Below are positions 41,284 to 49,770 of a stretch of DNA of 52,336 nucleotides, one piece after another. The first letter of the stretch is position 1. Every line of letters begins with the position of its first letter. The notes under the pieces are model-generated. The model was not told the DNA's origin and did no database searches. It saw nothing but the letters and a program-made list of their open reading frames with translations. Both the position numbers and the translations under genes were made by a program. This DNA is from Candidatus Woesearchaeota archaeon (GTDB lineage Archaea > Nanobdellota > Nanobdellia > Pacearchaeales > GW2011-AR1), in NCBI GenBank assembly GCA_964518155.1, contig CAZFDH010000001.1:1-52336 (forward strand), read 5' to 3'.

Positions 41284-43842
41284 ATGTTTAAAAAGGAGTT
41301 GATCACGCTTATTAGTTTAATTTTTCTTACATCTCTAGTTTTATCAGCAGCAGACGAAGTAGATGTAATTTATGTTGACAACACTCACACCGGATCAAAT
41401 GAAGGAACACTAGAAAATCCTTATCAGTCTTTCACTGCATTATGGGGAGATTCAAGCCTGGATCAGTTTGATAGAGATAAAGTCTACATTAGAGCAACAA
41501 ATGTTCCATACAGACAATCAATTGCAGGACATTTCTCAAATGCAAAAGCATTCGGAAACAAGTTCTATTTTGATTGGGATGGTGTTAATTCTGAAGGAAG
41601 AGGAGAAAGTAGAGCACAAGTGTGGGGATCGCAAAACGCAGATGATATGAACGGAAGCTGGACAAGAGTAGATGATTCAAACATATGGTATCACGACAAT
41701 TTAACAAACGTAGACAGTTACGTCGGAACAGCAAACGGATCAGGAGTATGGTGGGTCAAAACATGGCCAGACGATGTTGTAGTCTTGAGAGGCAGGGATC
41801 CACATAACGATATAAATATTTCAAATATGAGTCTTTACGATTATTACTATAATAGCACTCAATCAAGATTATATGTCAACATTGACCAAGACCCTTTTGG
41901 GGAGTATATCGAATATGGAAGCGATTTAATTCCGGGCACAAATGACCAAACATTCGAGATTTATACAAGTCAGGAGATTTACAGAGGAGTATTCAGATTT
42001 GCTCAAAGAATCAATCAAAATGGTCATTGCTCTGGTTGGATAATTGATGGTACAGAGATGAGTTATGCAGGTCAAACAATCTTCGAGACAGGAGCAGACC
42101 CATTTTACACAATGGATTATTATGACAGAGAATGTTGTCTTGGAGCATCAAGGTACCCTTGCCCTTATTCCGGAACGGATGGATGCAGTGCACAAGTCGA
42201 TCCAGCAATAGGAAATGAAACTGTTCCACTAGAGTTAAGATCACGAATGCCAGAAATAAAAAACAGCGTCCTAATGGTTTCTCCAACGTATGGAATATTG
42301 TTCACAACTGCAGGAGGAGATTTTGTAGTTGGGGGAAGAGACTTCAAAATACATCACTCAATTATAAGACATATCGGATCAAACCAAATCTTCTTAAGTA
42401 TAGGAAATTTTTCCTTAAATGATTCTATTTATATTTACAACAATATTTTTCTGGACTGGAAGAATGCAAACGGTGCAGTTTATTCACGAGGAGCAGATAA
42501 CAGAGTAAATAACCTTACAATTAAGGGAAACATTTTCATAAACCCTAATTCAACTTATCCGGCAATTCAGGGAGCCAACAATGTTAATAATTTATTAGAA
42601 AGGGACTACAACTTATTCTGGGCAATAGACGGAACACTAAATAGCTCAAATTTCAGAAACTCTTTCACATTTGATCACAGCAACTCAGCATATGATGAGG
42701 GAAATAATTCACTTGCAGTAAATCCATTATTTCTGAACATTAGCAACGTAACAAATTATTTTTTTAAAGGGTCTGTGCCAGTCGTAGATCTTAGCCAATT
42801 CAATTCCAGTTCATCAATAATTGACAGGGGATACAACCATAGCTTTAGCTCAGATTTTTTAGGGAATCCAATTTATGATCTACCTGATATAGGGCCATAC
42901 GAATACGTTCCACCATTTAATCTTTCATCAAACCCATTAGAAATAAACCGAACTGCAAAAGTATACTCCGACGGCAAATACAAATATAATGATTCTGAAA
43001 GCTTGGGCAACTCAAACGTAAGCATAATTCTTACACCTTCTGAAGGCTATTCTTCATCCAACAGAAAAGTTTCATTATATCAAATAAGAGTAAGCGAATA
43101 CGCTTCTGATCTGATAAAGTTCAACATATCTAACATCTCATCTTCAGAGGGCGTGAATATAAAAGTATGTGACCTAACTATAGAAAGGAATTACAGTCTC
43201 TCAATCGACGGAGTTCAAAGTTCCAATTATACAACAGATTCATCAGGTTGTTTAACTTTTGATTATAACAGCGGTTGGTCCGAGCATGAATTTGAACTGT
43301 CTATATTAGAAGTCTCGTCTGCTCCTGTATCTTCAAGTTCTTCCTCTTCAGGCTACCCTTCATATAGCATAAAACCAAATGAAGTTGAAAAAGGAATGAC
43401 TAAATCTTTAGGTAAAAACTGGAAGATGCAATTTAAAATCGGATCCAGGTCACATCAGATTTTAGTTAAAAATATCAGCCCACAGAGAGTTGAAATTGAA
43501 TTGTCAAGTGATCCAATCACATTTGATCTTCACTTAGATGAATCAAAAAAATTCGATTTAGATAATGATATGGATTATGATATTGAGATTTATCTTAAAA
43601 ACGTGACTGGGGTAAGTTATTATATTTCGAATAACAACCCAAACTATCTAAGAGCAGAAGTGATGATAAAAGAAATAAATGAATCATACACTAACAAAGA
43701 AATCCAAAATAATCAGACAATAAACCAAGAAGAAATTGAAACAAAAGAACCAAAAAGAAAAGGGACAATCTTGTTAATTTTATTCTCGATATTAATGATA
43801 GGGATCGTATATTTCTATTTTTTTCTTAAAGATGCAGACTAG
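41284..43842 (+). CDS. large surface protein: signal peptide, right-handed beta-helix region, Ser-rich linker, C-terminal domain and TM anchor
   Basis: 852 aa. The N-terminal signal is LISLIFLTSLVLSAA. Beta-helix-like repeats include IIRHIGSNQIFLS, IYIYNNIFLD and LTIKGNIFIN. There are dozens of N-x-S/T sequons, an SSSSSS linker and a C-terminal TM helix, ILLILFSILMIGIVYFYFF. Confidence 0.7.
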   Translation: MFKKELITLISLIFLTSLVLSAADEVDVIYVDNTHTGSNEGTLENPYQSFTALWGDSSLDQFDRDKVYIRATNVPYRQSIAGHFSNAKAFGNKFYFDWDGVNSEGRGESRAQVWGSQNADDMNGSWTRVDDSNIWYHDNLTNVDSYVGTANGSGVWWVKTWPDDVVVLRGRDPHNDINISNMSLYDYYYNSTQSRLYVNIDQDPFGEYIEYGSDLIPGTNDQTFEIYTSQEIYRGVFRFAQRINQNGHCSGWIIDGTEMSYAGQTIFETGADPFYTMDYYDRECCLGASRYPCPYSGTDGCSAQVDPAIGNETVPLELRSRMPEIKNSVLMVSPTYGILFTTAGGDFVVGGRDFKIHHSIIRHIGSNQIFLSIGNFSLNDSIYIYNNIFLDWKNANGAVYSRGADNRVNNLTIKGNIFINPNSTYPAIQGANNVNNLLERDYNLFWAIDGTLNSSNFRNSFTFDHSNSAYDEGNNSLAVNPLFLNISNVTNYFFKGSVPVVDLSQFNSSSSIIDRGYNHSFSSDFLGNPIYDLPDIGPYEYVPPFNLSSNPLEINRTAKVYSDGKYKYNDSESLGNSNVSIILTPSEGYSSSNRKVSLYQIRVSEYASDLIKFNISNISSSEGVNIKVCDLTIERNYSLSIDGVQSSNYTTDSSGCLTFDYNSGWSEHEFELSILEVSSAPVSSSSSSSGYPSYSIKPNEVEKGMTKSLGKNWKMQFKIGSRSHQILVKNISPQRVEIELSSDPITFDLHLDESKKFDLDNDMDYDIEIYLKNVTGVSYYISNNNPNYLRAEVMIKEINESYTNKEIQNNQTINQEEIETKEPKRKGTILLILFSILMIGIVYFYFFLKDAD

Positions 43843-44258
43843 GATGAATAACTATAACTTCCATCCTCTGCAATGCTCCAGCCCTCTCTATAAAAATTAT
43901 ATCCTCTCCTATGATTTCTTAATCTAAGAATATCGTCCCGGTCCCGATTAGAACCAAAATGATCTTCCCACTCTCCTTTAGATTTGGGGTGAAGTCCCAG
44001 CTCTCTGCCGCTGCAATGAACAACATAAAATTCATCATCAAAATTTAAGACATAATGACTCAAACAGCTTGGTTCTTCACTTAACATTCTTGCCTGAATT
44101 CTAGCGCTTTGAAGATTTTTTCTTCGTTCAACAGTCCATCCTTCTCTGTCAAGATTAACAATAAAATGATTCAGTTCTTTTTCGTCTTTCACTTTCATAA
44201 CTCTAATACTTTTCCAAGGACATGTTTCATCCGTAATATATGTAACTTCAAATCCCAT
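43839..44258 (-). CDS. hypothetical protein
   Basis: The track ORF starts at a TTG at 44273. I use the ATG at 44258 (MGFEVTY...). I recognise no family. It overlaps the surface-protein gene convergently by 4 nt. Confidence 0.45.
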   Translation of the reverse strand: MGFEVTYITDETCPWKSIRVMKVKDEKELNHFIVNLDREGWTVERRKNLQSARIQARMLSEEPSCLSHYVLNFDDEFYVVHCSGRELGLHPKSKGEWEDHFGSNRDRDDILRLRNHRRGYNFYREGWSIAEDGSYSYSS

Positions 44259-44303
44259 CTCTGAAGAAAACAAAAATTATTTTAAAAAAATTCCTGTGAT
44301 TAA

Positions 44304-44313
44304 CTTTATATAT
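44304..44313 (+). promoter_or_regulatory. TATA-like box of the tRNA-Ser locus
   Basis: CTTTATATAT, with 25 nt between the box and 44339, the outer partial 5' copy of tRNA-Ser. It is more than 80 nt from the complete tRNA at 44395. Confidence 0.45.
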
Positions 44314-44338
44314 CGCAAACGCCCATAAATTTTATCGG

Positions 44339-44408
44339 GCCGACATCGCATAAGGCCTGGATCAAAGATCCGTCCGAAATGCTCCTAGGCTAAAGCCGAC
44401 ATCGCATA
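44339..44408 (+). repeat. direct repeat of the tRNA-Ser 5' end (GCCGACATCGCATA at 44339-44352 and 44395-44408), period 56 nt
   Basis: Exact 14-nt duplication read directly from the sequence. The spacer contains a GGATC-AAA-GATCC hairpin. Confidence 0.85.
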
Positions 44409-44475
44409 GTGGTATTGCATAAGATTGGAAATCTTAGCCCTCCGGGGCCCCAGGGTTCGATTCCCTGTGTCGGCG
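44395..44475 (+). tRNA. tRNA-Ser (anticodon GGA)
   Basis: 81-nt hand fold. Acceptor is GCCGACA/TGTCGGC, D arm is GCAT-AGTGGTA-TTGC, anticodon arm is TAAGA-TTGGAAA-TCTTA, the long variable arm is GCCCTCCGGGGCCC, T arm is CAGGG-TTCGATT-CCCTG and the discriminator is G. Confidence 0.85.
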
Positions 44476-44603
44476 TTCATAATATTGAACGAAGTGAAAT
44501 ATTACCTCATTTGGAATCGAACTAAGGGTTTCGTTCGAAACTGAAATTTCGGACGAGAGGGAACGAACAAAGTGAGTGAACTCCGATTCCCTGTGTCGGC
44601 GTT
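44458..44603 (+). repeat. direct repeat of the tRNA-Ser 3' end (CGATTCCCTGTGTCGGCGTT at 44458-44477 and 44584-44603), period 126 nt
   Basis: Exact 20-nt duplication. The second copy is followed by TTTT. The spacer holds a TTCGTTC/GAACGAA stem (44530-44536 / 44561-44567) and an inverted T-arm-like fragment, GGAATCGAAC (44513-44522). Confidence 0.85.
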
Positions 44604-44695
44604 TTCACAACAAAACAATGATTACTATTAGAAGATCTAAAGTTACCACTATAGTTCAATAAAAAAATATTTATACAAGCGAAACCTTGAGAAAT

Positions 44696-45100
44696 ATGTC
44701 ATTCTTTGACGAATTGAATGAAATTGAAAAAGATCACGATATAATTAGAGCGATTTTTCTGGAGATTGAAGATCTCGCCAAACAAGATGAAAAAATAGAC
44801 ATTATGAAGTTAGAGATAAAACTTGCTCGTCTTTCAGAAATCTGGGATAAGCATGAAACTGCAGAAGAAGAATTCTTTTACAAACTAAGTCAAAAAAAAC
44901 AAGACATTCCCATCGAAAAATTTTTAGTGGAGCATAAGCAGCTCAAGGGGCACTTTAAAGCAATCAAAGAAGTGATCAGCTCAAAAGAAAACAATCGAAT
45001 AAAGGTTGCTTTAGAAACAGATGGCAAAATGTTAATGGAAAAGATAAAGAAGCATATGGAATTGGAAGAAATATTTTTTTATCAAATTGCATCAAAATAG
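44696..45100 (+). CDS. hemerythrin-like (HHE cation-binding) domain protein
   Basis: I use the ATG at 44696 rather than the TTG at 44687. Spaced His/Glu motifs are present (KDHDIIRAIF, HETAEEEFFY, EHKQLKGHF, HMELEEIFFY). A TATA-like AAATATTTATAC lies about 25 nt upstream. Confidence 0.6.
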   Translation: MSFFDELNEIEKDHDIIRAIFLEIEDLAKQDEKIDIMKLEIKLARLSEIWDKHETAEEEFFYKLSQKKQDIPIEKFLVEHKQLKGHFKAIKEVISSKENNRIKVALETDGKMLMEKIKKHMELEEIFFYQIASK

Positions 45101-45134
45101 AGAAAGTATAAAAGTCATAAATTTCTGGAACAAT

Positions 45135-46292
45135 ATGGAACGCGAAAAAGTAAACGAAAAATCATTGAAACTGCATAAAGAAAAACACGGCAAATTAGAA
45201 ATAAAATCAAAATTTCCTCTAAAGAATCGGGAAGATCTTTCAATTGCTTATACTCCGGGAGTTGCAGCAGTTTGCAGCGAAATCCATTCAAACCCAGATT
45301 CTGTTTACGATTACACAATCAAAAGAAATTCAGTTGCAATAGTTACTGACGGCTCCGCAGTCTTAGGACTTGGAAATATCGGACCTAAAGCAGCGCTGCC
45401 TGTAATGGAAGGAAAAGCAATTTTGTTCAAGGAGTTTGCTGATATAGATGCCTACCCAATCTGCCTAGACACACAAGATCCAAAAAAAATAATTGAAGCT
45501 GTGAAATTAATTTCTCCTTCATTCGGCGGAATAAATCTTGAAGATATCAAAGCACCCCAATGTTTCGAAATTGAGAAAGAGCTGCAAGATCTAGGAATCC
45601 CTGTAATGCATGACGACCAGCACGGAACTGCCGTCGTTGTTTTAGCAGGAATTATTAATGCAGTAAAAATCTCCGAAAAAAACAAAGAATCAAGAATAGT
45701 GATCAGCGGTGCAGGAGCCGCAGGAATTGCAATCACAAAAATCTTGTTAAAATACGGTTTCAAAAATATAACTGTATGTGATACTAAAGGAGCAATTCAT
45801 TCAAAAAGAAAAGATTTAACTGAAGAAAAAATCCAAATCTCAAGATTAACAAATCTAAATTCTATCGAAGGCTCACTAACTGACGCTCTAAAAAATGCAG
45901 ACATATTTATTGGAGTGAGCAAACCAAACGTTTTGACAAAAGAGATGATAAAATCAATGAACAAAAAGCCAATTATTTTTGCGTTGTCAAACCCCGTTCC
46001 AGAAATTATGCCTGATGAAGCAAAAGAAGCCAGTGCATTTATCATCGCTACCGGTAGATCCGATTTTCCAAACCAAGTAAATAACGTATTGGCATTTCCA
46101 GGAATTTTCAGAGGAGCATTGGATATAAGAGCGACAAAAATTACTGACGAAATGAAAATCGCTGCTGCAGAAGCAATAGCCAAAATCATAAAAAATCCAA
46201 CGCCTGATCAAATCTTGCCAAACCCATTGGACAAGACAGTCGTTCCAGCCGTTGCCCAAGCAATAAAAACTGAATGGAAAAGAGATAAATAA
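45135..46292 (+). CDS. NAD(P)-dependent malic enzyme (short prokaryotic type)
   Basis: I start at the ATG at 45135 (MEREKV...). The motifs are [33 protein letters not shown] and GAGAAGIA. Confidence 0.85.
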   Translation: MEREKVNEKSLKLHKEKHGKLEIKSKFPLKNREDLSIAYTPGVAAVCSEIHSNPDSVYDYTIKRNSVAIVTDGSAVLGLGNIGPKAALPVMEGKAILFKEFADIDAYPICLDTQDPKKIIEAVKLISPSFGGINLEDIKAPQCFEIEKELQDLGIPVMHDDQHGTAVVVLAGIINAVKISEKNKESRIVISGAGAAGIAITKILLKYGFKNITVCDTKGAIHSKRKDLTEEKIQISRLTNLNSIEGSLTDALKNADIFIGVSKPNVLTKEMIKSMNKKPIIFALSNPVPEIMPDEAKEASAFIIATGRSDFPNQVNNVLAFPGIFRGALDIRATKITDEMKIAAAEAIAKIIKNPTPDQILPNPLDKTVVPAVAQAIKTEWKRDK

Positions 46293-47387
46293 TTATTTCT
46301 TTTTCTTTTCTTTTGCAGACTCATCAAAGTAAATCGTTCTGCTAGGGAAAGCAAATTCAATCTTTTCTTTTTGAAAAGCCTCAACTATTTTCACATTGAT
46401 TTCTTGCTGAATGTCCATATATTTGTTATAGTCAGCCGTAGGAACATAATAAACCACTTCGAAATCCAAACTCGACTCTCCAAATTTATAAAAGTGAACC
46501 CTATCTAGATTTGCCTCTTTAACATTCTTGATTATCTCTGAAACAATCTTAGGAACCTTTTTAAGTTTCGCCAATTCAGTGCCGTAAACAACTCCAAACT
46601 GAAAGACTACTCTCCTTTTCTCCATACGTTTGTAATTATTTATTCTTGAGTTGATCAAATCAGAGTTGGACATTACAATCTCTTGTCCTCCTAAAGCCTG
46701 GATTCTTGTCGTTTTGATTCCAATGTGTTTTACGACACCCATTTCTCCGCCGACAATTATAAAATCGCCTTCCTTGAATGGTTTATCGAAATAGATTGCT
46801 AATGCACTGAAAAAGTCGCTCAAAACTGTTTGCAAAGCCAATGCAATCGCAATTCCGCCAACACCTAACGCGGCAATTAGAGGAGCAATCTCAATTCCGA
46901 AATTAGCCAAAATCATTAAAAATGCAATAATCCAAACTCCAATTTTAACAAGTAACGCCAAAACTAAAATCATCGAAGTATTTTCCAAACTGTCAGATTT
47001 TCTTTTTCTTTCAATTTGTTTGTTTGCAAAATGGTCAATAACTTTAGTCAAACCCAAAGCAGCATAAAATCCAATAAAAATTATCAGAATATAATTAAGT
47101 GCATTATCAATATGTTCCACTAAATTCAAACTTTGTGCAGAAATAAAAAATGCCAAGTAAATATAAAATGGCGCGTGAATTCCTTCTAAAAACCCGACAA
47201 TTGCATCATCAAACTGAAATTTGGTTTTCTTCGTCGCCTTCTTTAGAATTGCTATAACATATTTATCTGAGAGAATAAAAGCTGCGCTAAGAAGAATGAA
47301 AAAACCCAGAAACAAAAGCCAATCCTGGCTGGAATTTTCACCAACATACATATTTACAAAATTAATAAAATCTGTTAAATTTACCAT
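46293..47387 (-). CDS. MscS-family mechanosensitive channel
   Basis: 364 aa with N-terminal TM helices. The conserved pore/beta-domain region is ALALQTVLSDFFSALAIYFDKPFKEGDFI..GGEMGVVKHIGIKTTRI. Confidence 0.8.
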   Translation of the reverse strand: MVNLTDFINFVNMYVGENSSQDWLLFLGFFILLSAAFILSDKYVIAILKKATKKTKFQFDDAIVGFLEGIHAPFYIYLAFFISAQSLNLVEHIDNALNYILIIFIGFYAALGLTKVIDHFANKQIERKRKSDSLENTSMILVLALLVKIGVWIIAFLMILANFGIEIAPLIAALGVGGIAIALALQTVLSDFFSALAIYFDKPFKEGDFIIVGGEMGVVKHIGIKTTRIQALGGQEIVMSNSDLINSRINNYKRMEKRRVVFQFGVVYGTELAKLKKVPKIVSEIIKNVKEANLDRVHFYKFGESSLDFEVVYYVPTADYNKYMDIQQEINVKIVEAFQKEKIEFAFPSRTIYFDESAKEKKKK

Positions 47388-47393
47388 CCTAAA

Positions 47394-47978
47394 TTATCTT
47401 TTCTTAGAGGTCAAAACTTTTCCAAGATAATATGCAGAGCCAAAAACAATTACTCCCGGAATTAAAGCAATACCTAATGAAGGAACGAGAATACTTGTCC
47501 CAATCGCTCCAATTGTTCCTGCGCCAACCGACTCCAAAACATTAACCGCGCCATGAACGGATTTTTCAATATCTTTTTGCAATGCGTCAAGCTGCATAAT
47601 CATCTTACCTTCACGGAGAATTCTTACTTTTTTATCTTCCTCTGAGATTATTATAACAAGATTTCCTTTAATCTTTGAAGCACTCATCGCCGCGCTATGT
47701 CTCGTCCCAAAATTCTTAAATGTCGTCGTTGATTTTATCATCGCGCCGTAAGCGCTAACCATTCCATTATTATCAATAATCACTGCACCATCAATTAAAG
47801 CAAGTGATTCCAGAAGTTTAGGATTTTCCGCAGCCAAAAAAGGCGGAACATTCTGGTCAATCAAAGCTTTGTATTCAACATCTCCGACGACAAAAAGCGC
47901 TCCTTCTCCACGTTTAGCAATTCTTAATCCAACTTGAATCAAAGTTTCTTGTAATTCTTTTAATTTTTTCTTATTCAT
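47394..47978 (-). CDS. diadenylate cyclase (DAC/DisA_N domain) with a C-terminal hydrophobic tail
   Basis: 194 aa. The DAC motifs are GALFVVGD, DGAVIID and GTRHSAA (the RHR-type motif), and a VIIISEED block follows. The last ~45 aa are Gly/Ala/Ile-rich and hydrophobic. The stop lies 6 nt before the MscS start. Confidence 0.75.
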   Translation of the reverse strand: MNKKKLKELQETLIQVGLRIAKRGEGALFVVGDVEYKALIDQNVPPFLAAENPKLLESLALIDGAVIIDNNGMVSAYGAMIKSTTTFKNFGTRHSAAMSASKIKGNLVIIISEEDKKVRILREGKMIMQLDALQKDIEKSVHGAVNVLESVGAGTIGAIGTSILVPSLGIALIPGVIVFGSAYYLGKVLTSKKR

Positions 47979-48014
47979 AGTAGTAAAATCTTTCTTAGAT
48001 ATTTAAATTTTTCT

Positions 48015-48410
48015 TTAGCTAAGATGCAATCTTTGCAATGCTATCTGCGCAGTCTCAGCCATTTCCAAAACAGGATCGCTGCAGAATCTCTCGACAAATG
48101 GAATAAATTCTTTCTTCCCCAAAGTCGCCAAAGCCAAAATAGCTTCATGCCTTACAAAAACATTTGGATCCTCTTCAACAGACTTCATTAAATACGGCGC
48201 AACTAAATCCGGCGCAGCAGTTTCGCCTAAGACAAACGCAAACTCATGCCTTACAATTGGAGAAGGATCAGTAAACAACCCTTTAGCAACAGTCTTAATC
48301 GCATCAGTACCGACGGCATTTTCAAGTTTGAATGCTGCCTGAATTCTCTCCTCCATCGTCAAATTAAGATCTAAAACTCTTTTAGCAAGTTCTTCTTCAC
48401 TGTATTCCAT
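48015..48410 (-). CDS. HEAT-repeat protein resembling one half of deoxyhypusine hydroxylase (DOHH)
   Basis: 131 aa. There are two His-Glu motifs in HEAT context, VRHEFAFVLGE (H55-E56) and VRHEAILALATLG (H88-E89), 33 residues apart. The C-terminal SDPVLEMAETAQIALQRL closely resembles the segment that follows the second HE motif in eukaryotic DOHH. Confidence 0.6.
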   Translation of the reverse strand: MEYSEEELAKRVLDLNLTMEERIQAAFKLENAVGTDAIKTVAKGLFTDPSPIVRHEFAFVLGETAAPDLVAPYLMKSVEEDPNVFVRHEAILALATLGKKEFIPFVERFCSDPVLEMAETAQIALQRLHLS

Positions 48411-48459
48411 AAAAGCCCAAAACCAAAATTATTTTTAAGTCTTACGATTTTAATAAATA

Positions 48460-48777
48460 ATGAATTTCCAAAAAAATTGTTACGAAATATTAAAGAAAGT
48501 CCCAAAAGGAAAGGTTACAACTTACAAAGAAATTGCTAAAGCGCTCAATACAAAAGCTTATCGTGCCGTCGGAACAGCAATGAACAAAAATCCAAACTCA
48601 TTTTGCGATGGAGGAGATGTGCCTTGCCACAGAGTAATCAACTCAAACGGAAATGTCGGCAAATTTGCAAAAGGAAAAAAAGAAAAGATAAGACTTTTGG
48701 AAAAAGAAGGAATAGAAATAAAAGAGGATAAAATCGATTTAAAAAAATATTTATACAAATTTAATTATTCATCCTAG
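48460..48777 (+). CDS. ogt: methylated-DNA--protein-cysteine methyltransferase (single-domain Ogt/MGMT)
   Basis: 105 aa. KVTTYKEIAKAL..KAYRAVGTAMNKNP and the active site VPCHRV are present. Confidence 0.8.
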   Translation: MNFQKNCYEILKKVPKGKVTTYKEIAKALNTKAYRAVGTAMNKNPNSFCDGGDVPCHRVINSNGNVGKFAKGKKEKIRLLEKEGIEIKEDKIDLKKYLYKFNYSS

Positions 48778-49690
48778 CAGCAACCTTTCGTCCTTGTTTC
48801 CTCGCAGATTTTTCTCTGCACCATTCATTAAATTCTTTTAAGCATTTTTCACTGCAGCACCCAACTAACTTATCCTGACAATCAAGACATATTATAGTCA
48901 AATTATCACAATTAACATTACGGCAATTCTTGTACAGGTCACACGGCATCGAACAAACTGAACAGTTAGTTATCGGCTTTGTCCCTTCAATATTCGAAAC
49001 AAGTCTTTTGTCGAATACAAAACAGCTTCCTTCCCAAAAACTGTTTGGATAATCTTGACAGAATTTTATTATTCCATCTTTAAGCTGCAACACTTCTTTG
49101 AAGCCGTTTTGAACAAGATATGCCGACGCTTTCTCGCACCTTATCCCTCCAGTACAATACATTACAACCTTTTTGTCTTTATACTCTTCAAGCTTCTCGG
49201 CAAGTTTAGGAAATTCTCTAAAAGTTTTTATGTCAGGATTTATCGCTCCTTTGAATCTACCAACGTTATATTCATAATCGTTTCGCGCGTCAACAACAAC
49301 AAAATCTTTCCCGGCTTCTTCATTTTGATAAAGTCGGTACATTTCTTCCGGACTAATGTGTCTTCCTTTTTTTGACATGTCAACTTTTTGTTTCAATGCA
49401 ACAATTTCATCCCTGACTTTAACAACCATTTTTGTAAATGGATGTGTCAGACCAATTTCTTCTTTGAAAACAATATCCGAAAACCTTTCATCGCTAGTTA
49501 GAAGTTTTTTGTATTCTTCCGTCTGCTCTTTCGATCCTGAAACTGAACCATTAATTCCTTCACTCGCAACTAAAATTCTTCCCTTAATCCCAATCTCAAC
49601 ACATTTTTTCAAATGTTCTTCTCTAAACTCGGAAGCGTTCTCGATTTCTACAAACTTATAGAACAAAAGAATATGAATTCTATTTTCCAT
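48761..49690 (-). CDS. rhodanese-domain protein of the UPF0176/YceA (TrhO-like tRNA U34 hydroxylase) family
   Basis: 309 aa. It has ILLFYKF..I........H...C...GIKGRILVASEGINGSVSG and the rhodanese active-site loop YCTGGIRCEKA. The C-terminus is Cys-rich. Confidence 0.75.
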   Translation of the reverse strand: MENRIHILLFYKFVEIENASEFREEHLKKCVEIGIKGRILVASEGINGSVSGSKEQTEEYKKLLTSDERFSDIVFKEEIGLTHPFTKMVVKVRDEIVALKQKVDMSKKGRHISPEEMYRLYQNEEAGKDFVVVDARNDYEYNVGRFKGAINPDIKTFREFPKLAEKLEEYKDKKVVMYCTGGIRCEKASAYLVQNGFKEVLQLKDGIIKFCQDYPNSFWEGSCFVFDKRLVSNIEGTKPITNCSVCSMPCDLYKNCRNVNCDNLTIICLDCQDKLVGCCSEKCLKEFNEWCREKSARKQGRKVAARMNN

Positions 49691-49770
49691 TAACTATTGT
49701 GAAGAAATTCCTTTAAAAAATTTGCCTTAGAAGAGTTTTTAAACTAAATCCAAGTCTTCTCTTTGCTAAA

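Noticed and set aside
44513-44522. A reverse-strand tRNA suggested by the inverted T-arm-like fragment GGAATCGAAC in the tRNA-Ser trailer
   Set aside because: The flanking sequence does not form a T stem, acceptor stem or anticodon arm. It is only a fragment, possibly recombination debris.
44330-44610. Canonical bulge-helix-bulge introns as the explanation for the duplicated tRNA ends (Ser, and likewise His and Trp)
   Set aside because: I tried to pair the sequences around each possible splice junction. I could not build the 3-nt bulge / 4-bp helix / 3-nt bulge motif by eye. Direct repeats do not by themselves create the required exon-intron complementarity. I keep it as a hypothesis to test computationally but do not annotate it as an intron.
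45452-46259. Four reverse-strand ORFs (90-130 aa) inside the malic enzyme gene
   Set aside because: They are antisense shadows of a gene with strong, continuous family motifs. None has a promoter or a recognisable motif.
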